64,000 bases of DNA, from the NCBI GenBank assembly GCA_964304625.1, contig OZ199840.1, positions 3,733,631-3,797,630 of the forward strand. The letters run 5' to 3'. The number at the start of each line of letters is the position of its first letter. Position 1 is the stretch's first letter. The translations under genes were made by a program, and so were the position numbers. The notes beneath the pieces are model-generated. The model was given only the letters and a program-made list of their open reading frames with translations. It did no database searches and was not told the origin of the DNA. This DNA is from Kudoa neothunni (Eukaryota > Animalia > Cnidaria). Shown here piece by piece: positions 27,390 to 40,600 of this stretch.

Positions 27390-28172
27390 GTACAAATTTT
27401 TTTGCTATTATCATTTCTCCATTGGGCATATTTTCTATCGTCCTATCAAATAATGTATAGAGTTCTTAAGTCGCATTTTTTGTTTTTACGTGGACTAATA
27501 TTTGGATATCGACATATTAAATATAATTAAGTATTTCTTTCTAACAAAGTTTACCTTATGAATCTCAAACTAATTTGGGAAACAAAACAATGATGTTTGG
27601 ATGCGTAGCATCTGTCTATCAACCAAGTATACATTTTCTGTAAGAACTTATTTCAAATATTTTTTAAAATATTAGTTTTAAATTTATATTGTAATAATTA
27701 TATAGAATAAAATATGATATAGTCTTCCAGAAATTCATTGCCTGAGATATATCCAATTCCTTCAATTACTTCCAGTCCAAAAATAATTAAATATAGCAGA
27801 TTCTAAAAAATCAAATCTATACACAGCTTATGAATAAAAGTTGCCGTATTAAAAATTGTAATCGCACAATTTAACTCTTAATTTATTTGTTATGAATTTC
27901 AACATTATAAAAACCTATTCTCATAAACAACACCAAATAATAATAAATGGCGTTTAAAATGAATCATCCAATTTTTTCCGAATTCGCCATTTAATAATAA
28001 AATATTGTTATAAAAATCAACTGTCGATTTATGATGAAATTTCGCCTCTAGGATTTTATCCAATTGTAGCTTAATTAATTCTAACCGACATTTTTCATTA
28101 ATTTGTTACATGTTAACAATGTAAGTGGTACTGATTAACCGAAACTTTTTTCTTGGCACCGAAAATCAGATA

Positions 28173-28540
28173 GCCGAGGACACATAGCCCAGTGGTGTGA
28201 GGACTGGACTCAAAACCAGGAGTTACTGGGTACGCTTCCCGTCGCTGATTAATCTGTTGTTACCGTATGCATATGTCTCTTTAGTGTAATGGGAGCTATT
28301 GTTAGAATACAATTGCACTCCAAGTCTAAATTCAACTGCACCTATAGTTCGACCAATCCGAGAAGGTTGAATTAGACGTGTGAATTTTCGGGGATGCACC
28401 AACAGGCTTGAAAACTTTGTAGAGCCTAAATAGATAATGGATAATAGGGTTTTGGGGTGGTGGTTTCCTCAGAAACGATGATCGTTTGTTGATTAAACAA
28501 CCACAGAAAGATAAGAGCAGGGGATAGATGTTACAGTGGT
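28173..28540 (+). mobile_element. tRNA-derived SINE-like element
   Basis: A-box TAGCCCAGTGG (28185-28195), anticodon-like arm CTGG-ACTCAAAA-CCAG, degenerate B-box GGGTACGCTTCCC (28228-28240), then a ~300-bp GC-richer body. 3' end approximate; no TSD found. Confidence 0.55.
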
Positions 28541-30667
28541 TAACCGATTTTCCGCACTTGAGGAAATCTTACAATAAACGTTTTAGAATGATAATAATTT
28601 TCAAAGAATCATTATGACTTCTATTTTTTATAATATTTGTGAAATATTAAATCAGTAAAAATTTTTTGTGTCTGTTCTTTCGAAGAAAAGAGGATTAACC
28701 GATTTTTCGAACATTTTTCCGCCCTTTATCCTATTTTTTCTCTGATGAACATGCGATAAAATATAATTTTCCTTTAGTTGGATGACAAAATTGTATAATG
28801 TATGTATATTTTCCATCTCATTCTCCTTAAACTGTTTTTTAATAATCAAATTTTATTATCCTTGATAAACGTACATATTACTTTACGATAATTCGAACTT
28901 CCATATGGATACAATCCCATTTACAAATATTTACTGACCATTTTATCATGTTATTTCATGTATTCGCCGAAGGTATTCTACTCCAAGAGAAATACGAGAA
29001 TTATAATAATTCTAATTTTAATAGATGTACTAATAGTAATAATAATTAGTGTATACGTATTGACAAGAATTTTTTTTCTTAGAGTACATGTCGCACATCC
29101 TATAATTTGGAGTGATTCATAAGGGACCATAATTATACTGTAAACTGAATGTAATATACTACTTAATAATATAATTTAAATAAAATTAGGATAGAATAAT
29201 ATCGTTGTATAAATTTGTAGGTCCAAACTAAATTTTCCCCTGTGGCGTGCGTGCATAGAAAATGCGAAAAATAGGTTATCTACTGTAATCGTTCCGCGGT
29301 GCCTACAACTTTAATGATGTTGGCCTAACCAGCCATAATTCCATAATATAATAAATAGCACCAAGGGTATTACCTTATAAACAAAAAAACTTAATAATTT
29401 ACGATACATGCTATGTTATTTTGTATTACTAAGTTTTTTAATTACTAAATTAATCCACTGTCTATAAGAAATAATTTTATTGATTGGTAGAGTAAGATTG
29501 ATAGCTTTACATCCGGAATGTTTTATTCTGGCCCAAAATTTCAAAATAGCCTATTATTCAATTACAACAAATGAATCTCAGAAAAATTATTAATTTTGTG
29601 CATTCCAACCAACAGTCACTTAATTTTCAGAGATCTTAAGCTTCTCTGAATAATACTTAACCAACTTTAGCCTGATTGAATAGGTACGGAATGGCACAAA
29701 TAACTTACTTTTTTTTCCACATCATTTCAAGGAAAAAAATAAAACAGCCTAATAAATGTGGCCGATTCTTATCTTTTTGACGAAATTACTTCAAAATTTG
29801 TGTAACATTCGTTGGATCCACATAATGTTTCATTAGATCTAGTAAATCCTCTAATTCGGTTAGATTCCTGAAAAAAATGCATCACACGGTATTATTGAAG
29901 CTTAGATACTATGTTAGGATAATATAAACTCACCTCAAATGCGATCAAATGTATTATGTTGGATTCTCATCACTATAAAACAATAAAAAATTAATTGGAG
30001 AGATTTTTTATAAAATGACCACTACAAAATTATCAAGTCAGTTATAGTCATCTACCCGAAAATAGTGGTACCAGATTGTGAACAAAAACCAAAAAATTAC
30101 CACTAAGCTTTATATTACGGGTGTTGATTTATTAACAAGGCGATGTTAATAATTTAAATCGAAAATTTTTAAAGCCGCTTACTACACAAATAAAAGATAT
30201 TTCCTTGATGTGTTGAGCGATATTTTATTTTTTCATCTATTTTCAAGTTTATTTAGAACACGGTATGAACGTTGAGAAGTGTAAAATTGAGTTATTACAC
30301 TTTAATTGAACAATACACGAATTGTTATTCTTAACAATTTAGTATCTTGAGATATATTTTTCACTTAAAGTATCTTCGTAATATATGCTATGCATGGTAG
30401 TAATTTTATTCATATATTATTTATAAAATAGAATTTCATCAATCTTGATTTGTATTAAAAGCAATTTAATTGTTGTATACCCTACAAAGTATAGTTTTTT
30501 GAGATAAACCTTTAATGGCGTAAATAGTTTAGTAAAAATTTCTAATTTCAAGAATGATTTACAAGTATATATTCCTTATACTTGCGTTGATGAGGTCTAG
30601 TCTAAAGGTGTGATATTATTTGATCTTTTGGCAGAAAAATAATCCCCAACTTTTAATAAAAAGGTGC

Positions 30668-33600
30668 ATGAAAGCTAAATTATCATTGCAGATTGTGATT
30701 ATATTTACGAGTGCTTGGGTTTTCATAAGACATTTATATAATTTAAATGTTGTAGTTGTAGCAACGACCGTCAACTCTCAATCCTATCTCATATTTTATG
30801 TGATAGACCAAGTTGAAACATCAACAGGAGTGTTTCCTATGAAAGAATATCAAATGAAAATATTGTGCAACAACAACAATGATATCCAATGCAAAACTTA
30901 CAGCATTAAAATTAAAGTAGATAGTCAACAAAATCTCAGCGGGAAATTAAATCAATGTCCATACTGTCATCCGTTTTTCAACTTAACTATGATTAAATTT
31001 GATAAAGTTTCATACGGTTTTGATAATTGATATTTTAAACGGATTTAGAATATAACATTGTCTATAAAACCTATAGTGTATGGAAATACATGGTATGAAA
31101 CTGAAACAACAATAAACTACAGTCAAACTACTACCAATATTACCATTACGAATTCAAGCGTAACTATAATGCACCAACTGTGCTCGTCGAAACAAATTCA
31201 AGGTTATGAAGCTTATGTGGCACATAATGCTCTGAAACCTCAATTTGATCGATGCCAATTATTGGATTTCATATTGGTAAGCAGAATTTTTAGTTTATTA
31301 ATGATGGTTAATTAAAGTCATATCAAAATCTCCCCTATACAATATTCACACCCCCAAATAAATTAGAAAACTCAAAAAATAACCTTTGGGTACTCTATTC
31401 AAAATACCGCAATATTTTGTTGAAAGAATACCATCCAGACATTAACACCGAGCATACCTCACTACAACCTAGTGTGATAATGGACTCAAAAGTATGTCGA
31501 TTTAATTAACGAAAATTTTTTATTAATTAAAGTACTAACTTTAATAGGCAGCAAAACCATATATGTTAATTTTTCGCAATGAAACCTCAAACACAGTTTC
31601 ATCCTTAAAGCCTGAGAATGGATCTAAATTGCCTAAATGTCATTGTTCAGCTTTTAGCACCAAAAATAAATGCACTTGTGCAAAAGTGAGCTTCATCGCA
31701 TACACAAAGTTAAAATGTGACAATATAATTTTTAGATAAAGCTTTTAGTTGCTCCAGACGGTTATAAATATGTCGAATTTTGGTATTATATTCTCATAAA
31801 TGATAGCGTGGAATATACTTTCAAAAACGAGTTTGTATGTTTGAGCACAAACGATGAAGATTCTTGCTATGTATACGCAGGAAAATCAGGGATCAAATTA
31901 AAACAACAAATTTCCAACGATAGACTAACTTTCCTTGCATTCGAAGATGAGTCGACGGTAGATAATTTGATTTCACCCTAGAGAAGCTTCTATTTACCTT
32001 ATCTAACTAGTATTTCAATATTATTCTCGATTTGAGGCTGTTCGCAGTGGTTGGAAATAAAATATATGAATCTGTTTATATTTTGCGATCAACCAACGAA
32101 GTAAACATAAATCACAATTACACCAATTACATTCTATCAAATAAAATGGTCACTGCTGTTATTCATAGTCGAATATGCAACTATCCAACAGAAACCATCC
32201 CATCTTGTGATTTACAGGTTGATCATTTTTCGTCATATTAGTATGGAGATAATAATTGTAATTAATAGTTATCACATCAACCAGATGTAATGATGATACT
32301 TATGAAACCAACGTTCAAATTTAACAAAATAAAAGTTGCAATTATCCCTAACACAAATGACCCATATGAATATTTTGAAAAATCCTTGACACCAACTGAT
32401 TTCGATTATGGAATAATTCATTTTAAGCTTGATGGAAATATAAAAACAAATATTAAAGTACTTTTACTTTAATGTTGGACATATTTGTTGGAAGTGGCTA
32501 TTTATACGAGACCGTATAATCTATAATCCCTTCTTGGAACAGTCTGTTCTTACGACAATGAATATCTTTTTCCTTATTTTAAATATTTCAAATCTAAATT
32601 TAAAAATGTGTAATTACATTTTTCCCTATAAAATTTTTAATTTTTATAAATTAATGTTTTAGTTATCTTAGCTCGTATGTTTTGGCATTATTCCTCCCTT
32701 TCAACTATTTATTACGACTAAAAACCAATTATTTTCCTATTTTTGACAGTTTAAGCATATTCAAATCAACAATTTTTGCTAATTGTGATAACGTAACTTT
32801 ATTTACATTCGAACTCATTGGTCCACGTGTCAATGCTACGGCTTCACCTGATTGTTGAGAGCCTAACTAAGTCCAATTTTAAGTGTATGTGTATCTACAA
32901 TATTATTTATAGAGTTGATTGTTTCTTAAATTAATTGTATAAATTTAAAAAAACTTCTACTTTTCTTAGAAATTAATCCTTCCCGTATGGAATGCGAAAA
33001 AATGACGCGTGTAGTGGCGGGTTCTAATTTGGACCAAAGATGAAATCAATTATAAATGCAGTCAATTATTAAGAAAATAACGCGATATTATTTAAAGTCA
33101 ATTATAAATATAAATTAACTAAATCTATCCCTCTACTGTAACTTTGAATGCAGATATAAGACCATGATAAACTGATCGAGTTGGACAAGTGTGGTAATCA
33201 CAGCACAAACATCAACACCAACTTTTCGATTAAAATCCGATCTATTGAAGCTTCGAGTTAATTTTATTATAAATGCAATTCGTATATAAAAATGTTAATT
33301 TTAGTAAAATAAATTAAATTAAGTTGATGAATATACCGAAGAAAAAAGGTAAACCAACATAATATTAAATGATAATAATGTATTTAGCTAAGTAATTGTA
33401 AAGAATTGTATAAATCAAACAACAACCCATAATAAATATAAAAGTAACTACGTTTGAGTCACTTATAATAATTTTTATAAAGATATACCCATTCAATTAT
33501 AACTCAAATCTGTGGAAGGACCAAAGGGTAGCAGATTAACTACTGTTGGGCTTCCGAGTAAAGATAAAAAATAATATTTTATTAAATTTTTGATAAAAAA

Positions 33601-35029
33601 TTAACAAATATAGGCCCCTGATTATGTATTACGTATTATGATTTATGATTTATATTTTAATGTTAAATAACATTCATTACCAAGTGAGGTATAGATTATT
33701 TTCGACTAGGTCTATTTTATTTAAAATTTGTAAACAAATCATTAATATTTGCTAAATTATGGTGTAAATATCTCATAAAATTGATACCATTTCATACGAT
33801 TAATTCGTACCAGACCGTAGCATTGACACGTTAGCTAATGGATTCAGATGAAAGAGAGTGAAGTTAGATTATCATAATTGGCATAAACTAGTGACTTTAA
33901 TATACATAAATTGTTATAAATAGAAAAATAATGGATTTTTAGTCGTAATAAATAGTTGAAAGGGAGGAATAATGCCAAAACATACGAGCTAAGATAACTA
34001 AAACATAAATTTGTAAAAATGAAAAATTTCGTGGGAAAAAACTGTAGTCACATGTTTTTAAATTCAGATTTGAAATATCTAAAATGGCAAAAAAAAGATA
34101 TTCATTGTCATAAGAATAGATGGTCCCAAAAAAGGGTTATACGGTCTCGTAAGAATGGTCAGTGCCATATTTGTTATTATTTAATTTTATGTAGAGTTTA
34201 GATGTTGCATTTATTGTTGATGAAACCAATATAATTTCTAGCGTTGGAGAGTGGCCCAACTGTGATATTATTACAGTCAAAACCCAAAATCCTTCAATCA
34301 ATATTTTAGCGTTACTAATTGTAGGTCGAACAAGCAATAATTTAACAGCATGTCCAAACCGCCAGATCCTTTGCAATAACGTAAAATAAATTTTAATATT
34401 ATAGTTTTCATTAAATAAGAAAATGTAGGTTACAAATACCTTTCTAATCGCATCAAAATTAAACCACAGTATTTCAGCTGTCGAAACGAGCCTAGAAAAC
34501 AACATGACGTATAAAATTGATCAAAATGAATGCTTGGATCTTTTGTTACAAAATGTTAAAAAATACTCAGGAAAATCTGATGAAAAAAGAGACTGGACTG
34601 TCAAACTAATTATACGGAATAATTCTTATGATCTGTTTCCTCCTACCATACACAAATACATTAAAAATAACTATCATTACATATACATTGATGATTATAG
34701 TGTGCATGTGATCAAGTTCTACGGAGAACTAAGTGAAAATTAATAGTTGAATAATTATTGAACTATATTTGATAAATTCTAGGAGAATTGAGTCGAAAAA
34801 TATACCTTGCGATAATTATTATTGTTGTATTGGTTATTATTCTACTTTTAATTCTAAGCAGCTGTAATTCAATAATTCAATATACATGAAAATTTTACAA
34901 CATATTTTAATAGTTATCTATTGGAAAAGACAACGTGAAATTAAACTTGCTAGAATGAAAAGTATGGTCGATAGCTATGCTTGGACTAAAGCAGACATTC
35001 CACATAATTTGATGGATCCCATCTCATAA
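30668..35029 (+). CDS. Unknown type-I membrane protein family, paralog C
   Basis: Same exons and motifs as A and B; exons checked are open; intron 32458-34194 is enlarged by a MULE; TM IYLAIIIIVVLVIILLLILS; tail YWKRQR..DSYAW; TAA at 35027-35029. Confidence 0.8.
32490..34166. mobile_element. Non-autonomous MULE with long imperfect TIRs, intronic
   Basis: Imperfect inverted repeats of roughly 250-350 bp starting GGAAGTGGCTATTTATACGAGACCGTATAA; perfect 9-bp TSD ATATTTGTT (32481-32489 and 34167-34175). Confidence 0.88.
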
Positions 35030-35477
35030 TATTCTATGCAATTATAATAGCTAATAATAGTTTAATGTGCATATTATGCACAAATGTCGGTATATTCAAA
35101 GGTAGAAGTGATATTCTTAGACACAAAATAAATTTCTGTTTTTTGAAACGCACTGGCATAAAATATACCGCAAGTGAGCGATTTTACGCATTTTTTAGAA
35201 ACTATAAAATCGAGTTGGCTGAATATACAATAGATATATAATAAGTTTATAAATATGTTAAATCATAAATTTTACATCTAAATATTAATCACTTTGGCAT
35301 TTGATGCAGTTTTTCTTGGCACATTTTAGTTGGGAAAACGATTACTTAAGTTTAATTATTACAAAATTAAATACAATAATAGAACGATCGAAGAAAGATT
35401 AAATAATATTCTCAATTAATATTTTCAAAATAGAGCCAAATTTAAAAAAATAAACACTTTAGCATATCCACTCTTAA

Positions 35478-36187
35478 CCTTCTAACGAACTTGGGATATA
35501 TTACACCCTAAGTCTACTTTAATCTAAAGAAAAAATCTGGTTTTTTTTTAATTCATGAACTTTTCTCTATGATTTTAAATAAATTATATATATATCAATA
35601 CGAAAAGTTTTGAATGAAAATAATCATGGATTAGCCTAGGAAAAAATTTTCTTACAACGACAACGACCTTTTAAGGTGGAAATAGTTCCAGATGTTTATA
35701 ATCGTTGTTTTAAAAAACTTATTGGAAATGAATATGAAAATAAAAATAAATTCTATCGATGGATTTTGGAGATAAATGAGAATTATTACAATAATTAATC
35801 CTTAATAATCCGATTTATCGAGCTCACGGTATAATTCGTCCAATTTCGTTTAAAAAATTTTTTACTGCCGTCACAAATGTTGAAAATAAACATCATTTTA
35901 TTTAGTTTTCGATAAAAATTTTATTTTTTGTGTTCTTACATACAGACATGTGAAATTTAATTTAACGCCGAAATTATGCTAGGTATTTAATAATCACGCC
36001 AACTCGGGGTAGTAGGATTAAATTATGCAATGGTTTAGTTTTTCTCAAATTTCATTCGATAAAAAACTTTTTATATTATGAAAATCATTTCTCAATAATT
36101 TTATTAATGTATTAATTAGGGAAAACTTCAGGTTATTTTCAACCCAAAATTCGTCGGTGGGTAGTCGTTTTCGAATAATTTTGAGAG
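35478..36187. mobile_element. Possible piggyBac-type MITE
   Basis: TTAA-CCTTCTAACG... and ...GAGAG-TTAA ends with subterminal GGG..CCC-type palindromes; degenerate. Confidence 0.3.
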
Positions 36188-37611
36188 TTAATGACTCGTT
36201 ACGAAACTAAAATTATTGAAATGTTTGAGAAATTACAAATTAGTTTAAATACATATTTAATATATACAAAAAAAACGAAAAATATTGAACAATTTCCACA
36301 ATAAAGTCATTCGATAATGCGAATACGGTGCATTGGAGAGGCATTAATTTTAAAATATTTCAATGAATTTTATTCAGAATTAAATAACTGCATAGTTTAA
36401 TTTTGATTAAAAATAAAGATTATTTTTTGGATCAATTTTTATATGTAAAATATATTGTTATTTATTTTAAATACGCACGCCGGTATTGTTTTAAAATCGT
36501 ACCTGACCAATTTTACGCACCTTACTAAGACATCTTGGGAATAGGGTAACACTAATCACTCACATCAGTATAGGAAGTGGCTATTAGATCGTAAATTTTA
36601 GTCTCGAACGTTACGTACGAGAGTTCAATTTTTTATCTATCGAAACACCTATTTAAAATACATCATATCGTTTGTCTCTTTAAAACTGCTGTAGTTCCTC
36701 ATATTTGGTATCTAACGCACGACAAAAGTGTTAATACATTTAAATAAAATATGAACTGAGCGAAATGGACTATAATAATAGATGTTTATTCCTAAATTTA
36801 TAATAAAATTAGCTATTGGAAACGTAAATAATATTAAAATGTCATTAGTTTCGATTGCATATAGTTATCTTTGACACTTTAAAAGCAACGCGCTGAGTCA
36901 GAAATAATTAGATATAACAATTCTTAAAAAATAAACTCTGTATATAGCTCGGGAATAACAGTCGGCTGGATTAAATTATTATACGCGCATGCGCGTTTGC
37001 ATTTTGAAATTAAAATAACTTCTACTTTAGTTAGACCAGTATAAAATCTTAAAATATGTATGCATTTAGCTTCTACCTTAAGGCAGTAATTTTAAAAAAG
37101 CAGTTGAGAACCCCTGGTCTATGTCTGCATCAACTGGTTGATTGGATTATTCCTGAAAACTGCCATAAAATAGTGAGACATTCGAATTTGAGAGGCGTCT
37201 ATAAAATAATCGCATCATTAGTTTTAAAAGTTGTTTCAAAGTTTATTAAACTAATACGATAAACCTCTTTGGTCTAAATTTATTGAAAAATACAAAATGG
37301 CGCGACAATCACCTAATATAAATATCAATCAATCAATTTTATTTTGATTTTAAATATAATAATAATATTTTATGAGAAGTGGGAAAACGCATAATTTAAA
37401 TTTTATGCAATGCATAAGGAAAAACACACACTTAAAGTTAGCATGAGTAGCCAAGGTATTTAAGCTCATGCTTGCATATCCAGGAAAACACATGCAACGA
37501 TAATCACGTAGTAACCAATAAAATAAACGTTTCAATTAGGTCAGATAACACTTTACAGCTACTAAACAACTGCTAAAAGAGAATTTTGTGGTGCTAGTTG
37601 TGTTTATTCGG

Positions 37612-40600
37612 TCACCAGTATTCGTCATCATTCTGTTTTTCATCGCAGTTGGAAGCAGCATTGTGAGACTCTTGCCATGCAGGGCCTTTACTGTTTGAAT
37701 ATTGTTTTGTGGAGTTGTTAGTGTAGGGATTGGAATCCATAGCATTAAACTTTTGATGATAAAGTTTATCGTTGGATTGTTCACCGTATCTAACGTCACG
37801 TTGGCGATGTACATAATTTCCTTGCGACGCACCAGGATTGCCAAGACTAGCTCCAGCAAGTAGGGTCAACCATTCGGGGACAGTTTGGTTGGCCTATACA
37901 GTCGTTAATTGAGTGGTCAAAGTTAATAATATTATTGTTGTTGTTAAAATTGAGAAAGTAGGCACGCAAAGGAGATTACATTATTGAGAATTTTCAAAAG
38001 ATCGCCCGCCAATGGTTCATCTCGATTTTCTTGGAAGAAACTAATAGCAAGACCGCGATTTCCAATACGTCCAGTTCTACCAATGCGGTGGACATATTCA
38101 TCGACTTCGTGAGGCATATCGTAATTGATGACCAAATCGACAGAGGGTATATCAAGGCCACGAGCAGCGACTGAAGTTGCAACCAGGATAGGGGCGGCGC
38201 CATCAATAAATGAAGCCAAAGCTTGTTCTCGCTGTTGCTGAAGGCGATCTCCATGAATGGAAATAGCGTTGAAACCACTTTCACACAAGTAAATAGTGAG
38301 ATAGTCAGCTTGTCGTTTGGTTTCAACAAAAACCAAAGCTTTGGTCCCAGACGACAGCTCGCCCAATATCTCAACGAGTCGTTCACGTTTCTTTGTGATG
38401 GGTAGCATTTCGAGACTTTGTGAGATGCTGTCAGCAGCACCGCCTACCATACCAACAGTAATAAAGTAGAAATTGGGGTTGAGTATTTCGGCGGCCAATT
38501 TCTGCACATCTGGTGGGAAGGTGGCACTGAACATGTAGCATCGACGCGAATTTTTACCCACTAATCCATAGTCATTGACAATACGTTTAATGTCTCCAAT
38601 GAAACCCATATCCAGCATGCGATCAGCTTCATCCAAAATGAGATATTTGACCCTCTCCAATGACACTTCACCATTTTTGAGGAATGCCAACAATCGACCA
38701 GGTGTGGCTGACAACACATGGCAGTTGTTGTTTAAACCTTTCAGAAGGAAAGATCTCGAAACTCCACCATACACACGGGCGCAATTGATGCTAGTACCCC
38801 AGGAGAATTTTTGCATTTCCATAAACAATTGATTGACCAATTCACGAGTTGGTCCAATAAGCAGAACGGTGGGTGAAGGAACATAGTTGCTTGTTTGCGT
38901 GTGATCATTGTCTGCCAGCATCTTTGAGAAGATTGGAAGTAGGAAAGCTGCTGTTTTGCCCGAACCAGTCTGTGCACATGCCATTATATCGTGTTGAGTC
39001 TTGGTGATGATAGGCATGACACTCTTTTGAATGGGCGTAGGATGGATGTAGTTACAACGTTTCACGTTGGTGTGTATTTGTGGGTGGAGATTACACTGAT
39101 CAAAGGTAGATATTATATCCAACGTCGAACCATCCCCACCAGTCATTTCAACATCAATTTTATCGTAATCACTAAAATTGATTCCACCGCTATTGGTTTT
39201 TTTCTCGAACAAATGTTCCTCATCGTAGTTCAAATAGGCTGGTTCATATGTGATGGGTTGGCGTTGTGGGAAATTCTCATCATCTCCATTGTTCTGGAAA
39301 TCGTCAAAGTTGTTTCTAGGTCTTCCGCTATCAAAATTAGAATCTGCTCTCCTTGTGTATTCACCGTTGTCTCTTTTAGATGAATAGCCGTTAGTATCCC
39401 TATTGGATGTGCTCCATTGATCATTTTCTTTCTTATCTAATTTATCTATTAGGGAGAAAATATTTAAATAGAAGAAAAACTAGAAATAATGATCAATTAT
39501 GACCAATAACTACCACGAAAAACTTAGATTTCGATAATTACATTAACGAATAATTATAAGAGACTCAATATTAAATTATATAAAGCAACAAATTTTTAAA
39601 GTCAAAACTGCGCGATCTGGATGTTTACAAAATTGATGATATTTTTAATAAAAAATATAGTTATAGAAAATAATTAGGATAATGTAAAAATTTAATAAAT
39701 CGTCTTAACTCTCTATTATGGTTGTTATGATAGAACAAATAAATTTTAAATTAAAATTGAATAAATATTCTCCATAGTATCGAATATTTATTAATAAAGC
39801 TGTTGTGATGCGTCTAAAAATATTTAATCGCCATAACCGTTGTTTATGAACGTAAATATTTGCATGGTAAACCACGAAATATAGCAGATTCTAAAAAATT
39901 AAATCTGCGCATAGTTTGAGAGTAAGAGATGTTGGGATTAAAAATTATCGTGAAAATAGCCCCTTAGTCCCAAAATTCATAGGTTACATACACATTTATA
40001 TACATTATTTTGCCTATCTCCTAAGAATAAACGATCAGAATTAAATATAAAAAATATTGAATTATGTTGGTACAATAAACACCTTCGCGATTAAATGATT
40101 AAAACGACTACAATGACTTGTGCTTTGCATAATCAAAATCATTTCACAAAATCCATAAGTCATTTCATTATTTTGTTCAAACTGGGGGTTGTACAAAATT
40201 GTTGTGACGCGACTTCTTAGAAACGCACATGGAAACAATGATCATCAAGACGGAAGTTAATAAATTGCAAGTGGCATAATTAATAAATACAGAATGATAC
40301 TAATTGGCGTTTATGTTGAGTCACATTATATGTTCAGCATCGTTGACCTCAATCATAATCATGAGTATTAATTTTCCATATGGGAGAAAACGAAGCGATG
40401 ATTTATTCTATTAGGCATATTACTGCAATAAAAATACTTAATGAATATCCACAGAATGTGAGAATTTGGAAAAAGAGCAGATTCAAGTATAAATCGCGTA
40501 ATCACGTGGTTATCCAAATGAAGCAGTTTGTACAATAGAAAGAGTGTTCAGCAGGTGGCGTGAGATTCGTAATTTGTGAAAACGTTACAAAATTAGCTTA

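Noticed and set aside
37350-39424. Overlapping and antisense ORFs around the helicase
   Set aside because: Shadow frames of the GC-richer vasa exons with no recognisable motifs.
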